From IMG/VR virus record IMGVR_UViG_3300020049_009119: a stretch of 64,000 nt of DNA; one strand, 5' to 3'. The stretch's first letter is position 1. Each line of letters begins with the position of its first letter. The stretch comes from a virus. Below the pieces are notes generated by a model. That model worked only from the letters and a program-made list of their open reading frames with translations, did no database searches and had not been told where the DNA came from. Made by a program: the position numbers and the translations under genes. Below are positions 26,341 through 36,253 of the stretch, in pieces.

Positions 26341-29340
26341 TTACGTCCCGATCAACCCGTGACCTGCCGTGGCGTGCAGGTCGTCAATTAGTGCCTTCAG
26401 CCGCTCGCTCAATATCTGCACATGGTCGGCCAGCGCCTGCACCTCTGCCTGTGTGGGCGGGTTGCTGATCGTTGGCGCGCCATAGGTGGCGTAGGCTGTG
26501 CGCGCCGCCGTTCCACTTGCCGTTCCCCATCCGGTTTTTCGCGCACCGACTACTTGAAGATTTGTATGGCGAAGCGCGGTCCCGATAAAAACGCTCGCGA
26601 CTTCGGCGGAGGCGGAGCCGATGTTGATTGTGTTTGAAGTGGGAAGCGGGACAAGGTGCGCCCCTGAAACAATGCCCCAGGCGGCTGTGTTGTGGCCGTA
26701 GAGATGTAGGTCGTGATTGCTCACCATTCCCATAATTCCACGATCTGTTGATGGCGAGCCGGTGGCGATTGTGCCGATTCGCATATCAATCGTGTTCGTT
26801 GTGTCCGTGATGAATAGGTACGGATTGCCGCCCGCTTTCGCGATCGTGAAAGTAGTCCCGTCCCATGTAAAGTTGCTGCCACCTGAAAGCAGATTCGAGC
26901 CATTGCCTACACCGATGTAGGTATTTTGCAGGCTATTGACGGTCGGATAGGCGCTCAGCACGCGCCAGCCGGTGATTGAATAATCCGGCATCAGGATAAC
27001 CGCGCCGTAATTCTGACTGATCACGTAACTGCCGCCGTTAATGCTTTCGCCGCCCGCCGCGTTGACCGTGATGTTATTACTGGCCGCGTTGCCTGCCGCG
27101 TCGTAAATCAGAATCGGGCGCGGCGTGGCCTGCTCCCAGGTCGTTGACCAAAGCGTTACCGTTGCGCCCGCGCCAAAACTGCATGCAATCGCACGCGGGC
27201 CGGGATTGTTGTAAGTCTTCGCCCCAGTGATGGCATCGGTGGGCATAAAATCATCGCCGCGAAAGAGTTTCTCCATTCGCGTCGTCGTAGTGTTCCAAAA
27301 CTCCTGCACCTTGCTGCTGCTGCCGCTGATCGTTGGCCCCTGCCCCTGCGTCTTAACGCGCGGAATATCGTTCGCGTGAACAAAAGCCTGTTTGTAGTAG
27401 TAGCGCAGCCCGTTCGAGTCCTGCACGTTGCACTCATCATCAATCGAGGCGCGCCCAAACAGAGCAGGGAAAGCGCCCGCCGTGTCCAAGTCGCCTTGAA
27501 TGCCGACACTGTGCGCGCTCGTCACAGTTGCCGCCGTCGTAAAGCTATAGGCAGGCGTGCCGCGCGTGACCGTGTAATCCGTGGTCGTGCGACTCACCGC
27601 CGTCATTCGCTCGATATTGCCGCCTTCTTCAACGACCAATTCCCCCACCGTGCCGGACGGCGGAAAATTCAGAGTGTCGAGATTGCCGGTGATCGGAATC
27701 GTCGTGACGCTGTTATTGATTCCGGCGCTGAGCGTACTTGAGATGTGTTGCTTTGCGAATGTGCAGCGGCCAGAGAATTTCGCTTCTGAGTTGCGCAGTT
27801 CATAGACCGCGCCCTGATGGTAACTTTCAAAATTGCAATCAATGAAGTGCGCGAAGGCCGCGCCGTCTGACGAATCTCCGAATAACCCGTTTTTCTTGCC
27901 CAGCACGGCAATCCAACTTCCAGGCGGAACACTGTTGACGCCGTTGCAATTGATCAAGGTGATATTGCCCGCCTTGATCCTGAAGCCGACCGGGTTGGCT
28001 GAGCTGATCACGCCGGGATAGACGTTTTCCAGTAGAATGCCGGGCATATTGGCCGAATTGATTTCCACCGGATAGCCTTCGCAATCATCCACGAAAATAT
28101 TCTTGAAAACACTGGAAAACGTCGTGCCGATATACAACCCGCTGCCGCCGCAAAGCTCAATCGTCAGGTCGTGGACGTTGCAAAACAGCATGTCCGTTGG
28201 CCCGTCCACTTTTAGGCCGATTTGCCCGCTGCCCGCTGCTTTGTCGCCGCGAATCTTCAGATGGTGAATATTGCCGGAGCGAAAACTACCTGCGGAAAAG
28301 TCCAGGATCGGCGTATTGGCATCGCTCTTCAGGATCGTGAGCTTGTCGCCGTCGCCGAAAATCTCAACCTGCCCAGCCCCCGTCAATCCGCCCGGCACGT
28401 AATATTCACCCGCTGGCAAATAAAGCGCGCGGCCCGTGGATTCCGCCGCGTCAATCGCGTTCTGAATGGCCGTCGTGTCATCTGCTGAGCCGTCGCCGAC
28501 CGCCGCAAAGTCCGTAACTGCGTGGATGGCGTATTCGCGGCCCGCCGCCGATAAGTTCACGACCGTCTGATCATTCACCGAGTCATCCGAAACCGGCGCG
28601 CCGATGAACTGAATCGCCGTTCTTTGCAGGTAGGTGTCGGAACCGTCCTTGACCAACTGATTAACCGCCGGAACCGCCAGCCCCGCCGCACCCGCCACCG
28701 TCGCCTGGCTCTTGATATACGCATAGCCAGCAAAACGCGCCCGGTTATTCGTGCCAGAGTGCCGCGCTGAGCATCCGTCCGCGTGGTCAAGCAGGTAGTT
28801 GCACGTCAGGAAATCACTGGTTGAGCCGCATAACCAGCCCTTGAATCCGCCGACCACCTCAGCGCGGCAATTCCTCACCACCGGCTGTGACGCGCCGACG
28901 TTGAGCGCAGCGTAGGCATCGCTGACAAGCTGAAGCCGCGCCACATTCTCGTTTACGTCCACGCCGACAACTGCGCCGGTCAGGAGGTACTTGTGGAAGG
29001 TGGCCCCGCTGTCCACGTCGCGCCAGTAGCGGCCGAATCTCACCCGCGAACCGTAAAACGCCTCTGACGCGCCAATCAACTCAATCCCCAGCACCGTGTC
29101 CACGTTCTGCAAATCCACGGTCACGCGATCAGCGGCGCGCGTCAGCGATTGCTTGATTGCGCCGGTTTCGCGTAATTGCGCCGAGTGCTTCACGCCCGCC
29201 ACGGTCACAGGCGCGGTGGCAAAATAAAGCGTGCGCGGGCCGGTCGCATCATCTGGCAATGTCAGTTCCAGCGTGGAGTGCGTTTCGAGTGTGCCGCGCT
29301 TCAGCGCTTCGGCCAGGCCGGTTGGTAGCAGGCGAGACAT
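26341..29340 (-). CDS. gpL-like hub domain fused to pectin-lyase beta-helix tailspike/fibre
   Basis: N-terminal hub with four Cys (CRAE, WLCG, TCNY, GCSA); FAAVGDGSADDTTAIQNAID...LYLPAGEY; C-terminal coiled coil ending HGLIG. Confidence 0.78.
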   Translation of the reverse strand: MSRLLPTGLAEALKRGTLETHSTLELTLPDDATGPRTLYFATAPVTVAGVKHSAQLRETGAIKQSLTRAADRVTVDLQNVDTVLGIELIGASEAFYGSRVRFGRYWRDVDSGATFHKYLLTGAVVGVDVNENVARLQLVSDAYAALNVGASQPVVRNCRAEVVGGFKGWLCGSTSDFLTCNYLLDHADGCSARHSGTNNRARFAGYAYIKSQATVAGAAGLAVPAVNQLVKDGSDTYLQRTAIQFIGAPVSDDSVNDQTVVNLSAAGREYAIHAVTDFAAVGDGSADDTTAIQNAIDAAESTGRALYLPAGEYYVPGGLTGAGQVEIFGDGDKLTILKSDANTPILDFSAGSFRSGNIHHLKIRGDKAAGSGQIGLKVDGPTDMLFCNVHDLTIELCGGSGLYIGTTFSSVFKNIFVDDCEGYPVEINSANMPGILLENVYPGVISSANPVGFRIKAGNITLINCNGVNSVPPGSWIAVLGKKNGLFGDSSDGAAFAHFIDCNFESYHQGAVYELRNSEAKFSGRCTFAKQHISSTLSAGINNSVTTIPITGNLDTLNFPPSGTVGELVVEEGGNIERMTAVSRTTTDYTVTRGTPAYSFTTAATVTSAHSVGIQGDLDTAGAFPALFGRASIDDECNVQDSNGLRYYYKQAFVHANDIPRVKTQGQGPTISGSSSKVQEFWNTTTTRMEKLFRGDDFMPTDAITGAKTYNNPGPRAIACSFGAGATVTLWSTTWEQATPRPILIYDAAGNAASNNITVNAAGGESINGGSYVISQNYGAVILMPDYSITGWRVLSAYPTVNSLQNTYIGVGNGSNLLSGGSNFTWDGTTFTIAKAGGNPYLFITDTTNTIDMRIGTIATGSPSTDRGIMGMVSNHDLHLYGHNTAAWGIVSGAHLVPLPTSNTINIGSASAEVASVFIGTALRHTNLQVVGARKTGWGTASGTAARTAYATYGAPTISNPPTQAEVQALADHVQILSERLKALIDDLHATAGHGLIGT

Positions 29341-32300
29341 TATCTTGTCACCCCATTCCTTCGCCCCGCCCGTTGCGCGTTGGCTAAAATCTGTTGCCCG
29401 TCGTCCGTCTCTGCCGCGACCGCCAGCAGATCAACTGAATCATCCCGGCTCATGCTGTTCGTCACATAAACATTGATCACCGTTGGCCGCGCGCTCCCGC
29501 CGCCGGATTGCACCACGCCGCCGAATTGGAATGCCTGCCCGCCGTCAGAGGTCACCAAACCCGCGCCCGGCACGCCCGCTGCCGCAAACACGTCCGGCCC
29601 CGCCATTGATGCGATATTGCGCTGCTGCTGCACGGTGAGAACCATTTCCCTTGGGCTGAGCCAACTCAGCACCGTGTCCGCGCCGGTCGGCATTCCGGGC
29701 ACAATCCCGCCCGTGGCGAATTCGGGGACCAGTCGCAAGGCCGTTTTGCCGCGCAGTTTTTGCGCTTCGATTTCCGGCCCAACTTCGTCGTCAAACAGCC
29801 GCTTCAAGTCTGCCGTTTGGTTTTTGAGCCGTGATTCACGCACGCTTTTTGTTTTGAGCGTGTTGATTTGCTGGATGAATGTCTGGAGGATTTCGTTATT
29901 GAAAACCTGCCGCGCCTGCGCGCCGTCAATCTGATCGCTCGCCACCTGTTTGCGTAGATCGCGAATGGAATCAATGGCATCTTGGAGAAAATCGCCGCTG
30001 CTGGATTCATCCCGCTTTCGCTGCCGCGCGCGCCCAAGTAGGAAGATCGCGGGCAGGGCCGCTGCCGCCGCAATGGCGGTGATTGGGTTCGAGAACAACG
30101 GCGCGAGGAAGCCCAGGCCGGATAATGCGCCTCCTGCGCCGATAATGGCAGGCGCTGCCGTCAAACCAACGCCGAGCAAGCCGCCCGCTGCACCACCAAG
30201 TATTTTCGTGAGCGTGTCCGTTCCAAGCCCAGAGCCGAGGCCGACACCAAGCAGTGGGAGCAATCCGGCCAATGCGCCGCCGCCGGAGCCGGGCTTTAAG
30301 CCGAAACCAATTCCGCCAAATAGATTTTTCAGCCCCGCCAAACCTGCCGCGCCGCCGATTCCGCCCGCGCTTGGATTGATGCCCGACGTTCCGGGAAAGC
30401 CCAGGCCGTTGAACACGTTGCCGCTGAGTGCGGGCAAGCTGAGCGATGCGGGCGCAGAAGGCCCGCCACCGCCACCAAGCAAACGCTGAAAGATGCCGCC
30501 GATTCCGCCGCCTGAATTGCCGCCGCCAAGCAGTGCCGCCGCTGGATTGCCGCCTGCGAATCCGCCCGTCAGAATCCCGGAACCGGGAACGCCGGACTGC
30601 GACGATCCGAATAGATTGGCGATGTTCAGCCCGCCGCCGCCGCCTTGCTGCTGGTTGCCGCCGAAGATGCCTCCCAGAATTCCACTGAGATTGAAGCCGC
30701 CACCGCTTGCGGGCGCTGCACCGCCGCCGCCGGGATTGCCCAGTCCAAACAGTTGCGAAATCACCTTGCGCGTCAGGCTTTTCAGAATGTCGCCGATCAG
30801 GTCTTTGAAGAAGCCGAACTTCTGCGTCAACTTGTCAATGCCGCCATCCAGCACGCCGAGGAACTTATCTTTGAAGTTGCTTCCGATCCGCTCGAACGCT
30901 TCAGCCGTGGTTTCGGCTTCGCTGCGCAGTCCCTTGAAGAAGGCTTGTGCGGGGGTGAGTTGTTGGCCGAAGGTGGCGAGTTTCTGGATTTCCAGATTGA
31001 GCCGCGCCAGTTTTTCAGGGTCGGTTTCGAGCCGTCTTTGCGCTTCCAGTGAGCCAATCAGCACATCACGCAATTGCCGCTGAATCGCAAGCGTGGCTTC
31101 CTTGCCCTGCGCCTCACTGATCACGCCAAGCGCAATGGCTTGCTGAATCTGCACTTCCTGCTGTTGTACAGCGAGGTCTTCTACGCGCGCCGCACGCTCC
31201 AGGTCACGGGCGCGCCGGATTTGCGCCTGCGCCTCCGCTACGCGCGGGTCAATCGTTTGCGCAATTAAATCCGTGGGTAGTTGGCCCGATGCCTCGCCGC
31301 TTGGCAGCGCCAGTTTTTGCAAATCCGCCAGCAGTTCAATCTTTTTCTTCTGCGCCGCGTCCAGGAATCGCAACTGATTCTCCGTCTCCGCATCCGTCAG
31401 CGCCCGCGTTTTCAATTCCAACTCTGTGCGCAGCTTCAGCAATTCGCCCTCAAGCCTGATCTTCTCCGGCGTGCCAGCTTTTGCGGCGCGTAGATTCTCC
31501 TGCGTGGCCTGGATTTCCTGCTGAATGATATTGATCGAGTTCCCGATGCTCGACTGCTCAATGCCAATCTTCGTTTCGTAAAACTCCCGAATGGAAATTT
31601 CCTCATTGCTGAACCGTTCCTGCACCGCCTTCAATTCGCGTTGATTGGCGTCTTCGACCAGGCGCAATTGCTGGTCAAGGGTTTCTTTGGTGAAGCGGAG
31701 TTGCGCCTCGCGCAGTTGGCGCGCCTTTGATTCGGCAGATTCGCCGCCGCTGCCGCCAAGCTTCGCCCCTGCGCCGCGCGCCTTCGCCTCTTGCAATCGA
31801 AGGTTATTCCCGGCCAAATCCGCCGCCGTGATCTCTTCGCCGTCCAGCCCGCGCCCCTGGCTGGCCGCTCTTGCACTCTCCCGCGCCTTGTCGCGGTCGG
31901 CGAAATTGCCGCGCAGTTTATCCGCCGTCGAAACCACACCACGAATCAGCGCGACGGTGGAGGGGAACAGCCCGACAATTGCATCCTTGATGCCGGTCAT
32001 GATGGACGTTCCCAGCGATTCGCCAACCGCTTGCGCAATGCCACCGATGTTTAATAACCGCCGGATGCCGCTTACCACCACATCATAGAGCGCGAGCAAT
32101 GCGCGGTTCGGAACCAGAATGATAAACTCCCACGCCTGCCGCCACGATTGGCTGATCCGCTCGCCGAACGTCTCAAAATCGCCGCGCGCGAGCGCCAGCA
32201 TTGCCCGAATCAGCGGCCCGATGAAGTCTGCCGCCTCGCGTGTTGTCGTTTTGATCACTTCCCATGCGTTGCGGTAGATCGTGCCAATCGTCCCGGACCA

Positions 32301-33872
32301 CGTTTCAACTAGAAACTGAATCGCGGCCAAAACCGGCTGAAGAATCGCCAGCAAATCGGGCGCAATTTCGCGCCAAAACGCCCGCAATTCCGCGAACTGT
32401 GCGCCCACTTCCGTCAGCACGTCCCGCGTCAAGTCCCGAATGCCGCCGAAATTGGTTGCCCATGCTGCACTGAGCGCACCGAGCGCGGCGATGATCGGCA
32501 GGATGATCGGCGCAAGCGTGGCTAACATGCCCGCAATGCCCGCCGTGCCACCCGCGCCCGCAATCACGGTGATAATGTTGCCAAATGCGCCGAATGCCTG
32601 AATCAGTCCACCGATGGCAATGATCAACGGCCCAGCGGCAGCGGTAATGGCGGCGAAGATGAGAATTAACTGCTTCGCGCCGCTGGGAAGCTCCGCAAAA
32701 GCCTTTGAAAGCCGCTCGATAATCGGCACGGCACGCTCAACCAACGGCTGCAATGCCTCGATCAGCGCCAGCCCCAGCGGACGGAAAGCGACGGTCACGC
32801 GGTCACGCAATTTCTCGAACTGCGTTCCGATGGATTCTGTTACGCCTGCAAGTTTTGAGTTTGATGATGCGGCCTGCGCGAACGCGGCGAAGAATTCTTC
32901 CGTGGTGTCAATGCCCAGTTTTTTGGCGCTTTCCCGGATCGCGGCTGCGTTGGTTGCGTTGTCCACGCCGAAGATTTGCTTGATCAGTTCACCTGCGAGC
33001 GGCGATTGGCCCACCAATTCTTTCAGGTCGGCGCGCTCAAAGCCCTGCGTCACCAACTGCACGAGGTTGCCCGCGAATCGCTGCGGATCGCCAAGCGGAG
33101 AGACGGCGTTGAGCTTGCCGAGTGCAGGCAGGATTTTATCAATCGTGCTGACCGTCACATTCGCCACGCGAAGCTGCGCATCCAGCGTTGCGGCCAGCGA
33201 CGCCGTCAGGCCCGGCGATTTCTGCGCAGTGGCGACCAGTTGCGCAAAGCGCGCCTCTGCTGCCTCCGCCGATCCGGTCAGCGATTTCAACACGTTGACT
33301 TGCCGGTCAATATTGATGGCAGACGTTACAGCCGAACGGCCAAAGGCAATCAGGCCAGTGGTCAGGCCCGTCAGTGCGAATCCGGCTTGCTGGATTGATT
33401 CGCCCGCTTCCCGAATTGTGGAACTGAACCGGCGAAAAAACGCCAACGCGCCGGTATTATTCGCCGCGCGTTCCAGTTTTCGTTGCCGCTCGATTTCCCG
33501 TTGCGCAAACCGTTCGCGCAATACATCCAGGTCTGCTTGCTTCTTGGCTTCAATCTGCGCAAGTCGTCCGGCGGTTCTCGTCGCCTCCGTCTCAAGACGC
33601 GCATTCGCCCGCAGTGCTTCCTGTTGGAGCTTGGCCGCGTCCGCCGCCGCTTTCGCACCCGCTCGCGCACGGATCGCGTCAATCGTGGCCTGATTGCGGC
33701 GCACGGCTTCCTCTGTCCCGGCAGACAGCGCATCGCCGATTTTCTTTCCAGTGGCGCGTAGGCCGTCCGTGCCGGAATCCAGCGCGTTTTGCAGGCCGCT
33801 TTTCAGCTTCCGCGCAAAGGCGGCAATATCTGGCTGACCAAGTTCAACTCTGATTACAATCGGTTCTGCCAT
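29340..33872 (-). CDS. Tape measure protein (about 1510 aa)
   Basis: Long Ala/Gly-rich helical protein; tape-measure domain (FAQLVATAQKSPG...DLKELVGQ); FATGG motif; start MAEPIVIRV. Confidence 0.92.
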   Translation of the reverse strand: MAEPIVIRVELGQPDIAAFARKLKSGLQNALDSGTDGLRATGKKIGDALSAGTEEAVRRNQATIDAIRARAGAKAAADAAKLQQEALRANARLETEATRTAGRLAQIEAKKQADLDVLRERFAQREIERQRKLERAANNTGALAFFRRFSSTIREAGESIQQAGFALTGLTTGLIAFGRSAVTSAINIDRQVNVLKSLTGSAEAAEARFAQLVATAQKSPGLTASLAATLDAQLRVANVTVSTIDKILPALGKLNAVSPLGDPQRFAGNLVQLVTQGFERADLKELVGQSPLAGELIKQIFGVDNATNAAAIRESAKKLGIDTTEEFFAAFAQAASSNSKLAGVTESIGTQFEKLRDRVTVAFRPLGLALIEALQPLVERAVPIIERLSKAFAELPSGAKQLILIFAAITAAAGPLIIAIGGLIQAFGAFGNIITVIAGAGGTAGIAGMLATLAPIILPIIAALGALSAAWATNFGGIRDLTRDVLTEVGAQFAELRAFWREIAPDLLAILQPVLAAIQFLVETWSGTIGTIYRNAWEVIKTTTREAADFIGPLIRAMLALARGDFETFGERISQSWRQAWEFIILVPNRALLALYDVVVSGIRRLLNIGGIAQAVGESLGTSIMTGIKDAIVGLFPSTVALIRGVVSTADKLRGNFADRDKARESARAASQGRGLDGEEITAADLAGNNLRLQEAKARGAGAKLGGSGGESAESKARQLREAQLRFTKETLDQQLRLVEDANQRELKAVQERFSNEEISIREFYETKIGIEQSSIGNSINIIQQEIQATQENLRAAKAGTPEKIRLEGELLKLRTELELKTRALTDAETENQLRFLDAAQKKKIELLADLQKLALPSGEASGQLPTDLIAQTIDPRVAEAQAQIRRARDLERAARVEDLAVQQQEVQIQQAIALGVISEAQGKEATLAIQRQLRDVLIGSLEAQRRLETDPEKLARLNLEIQKLATFGQQLTPAQAFFKGLRSEAETTAEAFERIGSNFKDKFLGVLDGGIDKLTQKFGFFKDLIGDILKSLTRKVISQLFGLGNPGGGGAAPASGGGFNLSGILGGIFGGNQQQGGGGGLNIANLFGSSQSGVPGSGILTGGFAGGNPAAALLGGGNSGGGIGGIFQRLLGGGGGPSAPASLSLPALSGNVFNGLGFPGTSGINPSAGGIGGAAGLAGLKNLFGGIGFGLKPGSGGGALAGLLPLLGVGLGSGLGTDTLTKILGGAAGGLLGVGLTAAPAIIGAGGALSGLGFLAPLFSNPITAIAAAAALPAIFLLGRARQRKRDESSSGDFLQDAIDSIRDLRKQVASDQIDGAQARQVFNNEILQTFIQQINTLKTKSVRESRLKNQTADLKRLFDDEVGPEIEAQKLRGKTALRLVPEFATGGIVPGMPTGADTVLSWLSPREMVLTVQQQRNIASMAGPDVFAAAGVPGAGLVTSDGGQAFQFGGVVQSGGGSARPTVINVYVTNSMSRDDSVDLLAVAAETDDGQQILANAQRAGRRNGVTR

Positions 33873-33935
33873 TGCGTTTTCCTGCTCTGCCGTGAATAAT
33901 CCGCTGCCATCGGCCCCAAAGGAGAAAACTCTACC

Positions 33936-34511
33936 GTGAAAATCTTTTTGCTCACTCTCGCGCTGTGCGTCTCTGCCGCCGCGCAATCGCTGACCGCGAC
34001 CACGCCGGACGGCAAGCAAGTGATCCTGAATCCAGACGGCACTTGGAAATTTGCCGCCGCTGATTCGTCCGCCACGTTGTCAATCGAAGCCGCCTTGATT
34101 TATCAATCCGGCGACGTGAAACCCGCTGCGCGAACTGCCTTCTATCTGCTGGATGAGTCGCCGCTTGATATTCTGACCGCTGCGAAAGTGCAGCCGGTGC
34201 AAGGTGTCGGCGACTCCAACCCACAAACGCGCATCCTGTTCAACCTGGCGCGTCTGCAATCCGCCCGCTGCGATGATTGCCCGCGATTTGCTGCCGATGT
34301 TCAAAAAGCAATCGCGCCGCATACCGTGAAGGCCATTGCTACCGGCTTTGACGGCAAGGGCGTCTTCGATTCCGTCAAGCCTGGCACGTATCACCTGTAC
34401 GGCAGTTGGTCAGTTGGAGAGAACAGCGTCCTGTGGATTTCCAAGATTGAACTGAAGGTCGGAGCCACCAACATCAAGCTTGATCAGAACAACGCGGCGC
34501 TCGCCTTTTAA
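33936..34511 (+). CDS. Exported moron protein on the antisense strand of the tail operon
   Basis: AAAGGAG RBS; signal peptide ending VSAAA-Q; ATTPDGKQVILNPDGTWK (DUF3157-like). Confidence 0.8.
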   Translation: MKIFLLTLALCVSAAAQSLTATTPDGKQVILNPDGTWKFAAADSSATLSIEAALIYQSGDVKPAARTAFYLLDESPLDILTAAKVQPVQGVGDSNPQTRILFNLARLQSARCDDCPRFAADVQKAIAPHTVKAIATGFDGKGVFDSVKPGTYHLYGSWSVGENSVLWISKIELKVGATNIKLDQNNAALAF

Positions 34512-34939
34512 CGAACGCCCCGCGCCTGATTCAGACTCGCCGCCCGCTGTTTCCATTCCGCCTCCTGCGCCCGTTCGCGTGCTTCCGACTCCTGCTCTGC
34601 ACGCCGTGCAATTTGCAGCGCATCCAGGCAGGCCCACTCAATAGCGGTCAGGCCATCGGGATACTGAAACTGCGCGCCCGCATCTTTCAGTCGGTCGAAT
34701 CGCAGCGCCAACGCGATTGGCTCGCCCAGATGCGGCGGTGTCGGCAATCCGCGCGGCTTATTGCAGCGCAAGCAGATTTCGCGCGGCTGGTCGCCGTCTT
34801 CCGCTTCGATCTTGACGCCTGCTTCGTAGCATTCGTCCATGCGGAAACAGCCGGAGAGCTTCAAAGAGCGTTGGAAATCGAGTTGAGCGGTCAGGTGATC
34901 GCCCAACTCCCGCGTCAGTCCTGGGCTTTCTTCCTCCAC
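34508..34939 (-). CDS. Tail assembly chaperone, second (gpT-like) ORF
   Basis: Overlaps end of chaperone in -1 frame, just before tape measure. Confidence 0.6.
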   Translation of the reverse strand: MEEESPGLTRELGDHLTAQLDFQRSLKLSGCFRMDECYEAGVKIEAEDGDQPREICLRCNKPRGLPTPPHLGEPIALALRFDRLKDAGAQFQYPDGLTAIEWACLDALQIARRAEQESEARERAQEAEWKQRAASLNQARGVR

Positions 34940-35709
34940 AGTTGCGTCAACTGCGTCACGGCTTCAGTCTTCCATTCACCAAGAAAAGCCGCTGCGAACG
35001 CTTCACGTCCGGCTTCAGCAAATGTCTTTCCATCCGCCAGCACTTCCGATGTCAGGCTGTCGGCATCGGGCGCAACACTCAGAAGCAGTGCGTCGAACAG
35101 GTCGGAAAATGCCTGTTGGTTGACGCCGGATGTGGCCAGTTTGGTTTTGCCCTGCTGAACAGAACTGCTAAAGGTCGCCTTCTTCTCAAAGTTGCGCTTT
35201 TCCGATTCCGTCCATTCACGCAACCTCAGTTTGAGAACCGTCCATGGTGAATTTTGCGAGCCGATACGCAGACGTACTGCCCACTCGCCGCCGTCAAACG
35301 TCGCACTGCTTTCCTCCGGCAAAACTTCCGCGCTGCATTCGTACAGTGCCACGATTGCCATTTCCTTATGCGCGACGCGCATCCGTGCGGCCAGTTGCTC
35401 AGTGACGACCGCACCATCCTCAAGCCCCGGATAGCCGCTAACCGACTCCGCAATCTGATCCCACAGCCACGTCAAACCGTCAGATATTCCGCCATGCTCT
35501 TCCGTTGTTTGCGTGCCGGAATGGCGTTCTTGAAAGACAAGTTTGCGTTTGTATTCGGATTCCTGCTGCGGTGTTGGCCTGCGTAGCCTATGCGTCACTA
35601 CCAGCTTGCCTTCCTTGCCTGGCCAGGCGACCGGCAGTGGGATTTCAAAGGAGGTGATTGCCAGGTCGAATGCGGTTTTAGTTCTCTGAGTTTGCGTTCC
35701 TTCGGTCAT
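34915..35709 (-). CDS. Tail assembly chaperone (gpG-like)
   Basis: Position between tail tube and tape measure; AGGAG RBS. Confidence 0.65.
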   Translation of the reverse strand: MTEGTQTQRTKTAFDLAITSFEIPLPVAWPGKEGKLVVTHRLRRPTPQQESEYKRKLVFQERHSGTQTTEEHGGISDGLTWLWDQIAESVSGYPGLEDGAVVTEQLAARMRVAHKEMAIVALYECSAEVLPEESSATFDGGEWAVRLRIGSQNSPWTVLKLRLREWTESEKRNFEKKATFSSSVQQGKTKLATSGVNQQAFSDLFDALLLSVAPDADSLTSEVLADGKTFAEAGREAFAAAFLGEWKTEAVTQLTQLWRKKAQD

Positions 35710-35817
35710 TTTGATTCTCCTGTAAATCCCTGATTGATTGAATCGGCGCGCGGGCGGCTCAGGATTGCCGCTGCTTCCCCGCTGCTGTACAGGCGGCAGG
35801 TGAGCGCGCCGATCTCG

Positions 35818-36057
35818 TTACCATTTCCCCAGCGGGCAGGCTAAATCCGGCAATCGCCACTTGGTTCTCAAATCGCTGATTGCCCACTGCGGACAATCGC
35901 ACGCCCTGCAAAAAATGCCCGTCGCGGTCGTGATCTGCTCTGGGCAATCGCTGCATGCCTGTTCGCGCCGGATCGCCTCTGCTAGCGGCGCATCGCCGAA
36001 TTGCAGAAACGACCGCACGGCGCGCAGGAAAGATTTAAGCCGGGTCAATTGCAGCAT
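35818..36057 (-). CDS. Small Cys-rich protein (DUF6171-like)
   Basis: R..ACSDC...FCRACDC...CPLGKW. Confidence 0.65.
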   Translation of the reverse strand: MLQLTRLKSFLRAVRSFLQFGDAPLAEAIRREQACSDCPEQITTATGIFCRACDCPQWAISDLRTKWRLPDLACPLGKW

Positions 36058-36247
36058 CTTTTTTTTTCGCCTTGAGTGCGGGCGGTTCTGGCCCTGCTGC
36101 CGCTTCCGCAACTGCCGCAGCGGAAGCCGCTTTCGCCGCCCGTTTCGCCAGCCGCGCCGCTTCATGCGCCGCCGCCTCTGCGGGCGTGACGCTCCAGAGT
36201 TCGGCGAGAATTTCAGCGCGCGTTTTTGCTTTCTCTTCAGCCATCAA
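36035..36247 (-). CDS. Ala-rich hypothetical protein
   Basis: Follows tail tube gene; GGG RBS. Confidence 0.55.
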   Translation of the reverse strand: MMAEEKAKTRAEILAELWSVTPAEAAAHEAARLAKRAAKAASAAAVAEAAAGPEPPALKAKKKDAAIDPA

Positions 36248-36253
36248 TTCCCC

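Noticed and set aside
26341-29340. Diversity-generating retroelement target
   Set aside because: No reverse transcriptase and no template/variable repeat pair seen in the window.
34900-34975. Canonical -1 frameshift site between tail chaperone ORFs
   Set aside because: The second ORF is in the -1 frame, but I found no X XXY YYZ heptamer in the short window where both frames are open (closest is G AAG AAA), so the shift site cannot be called.
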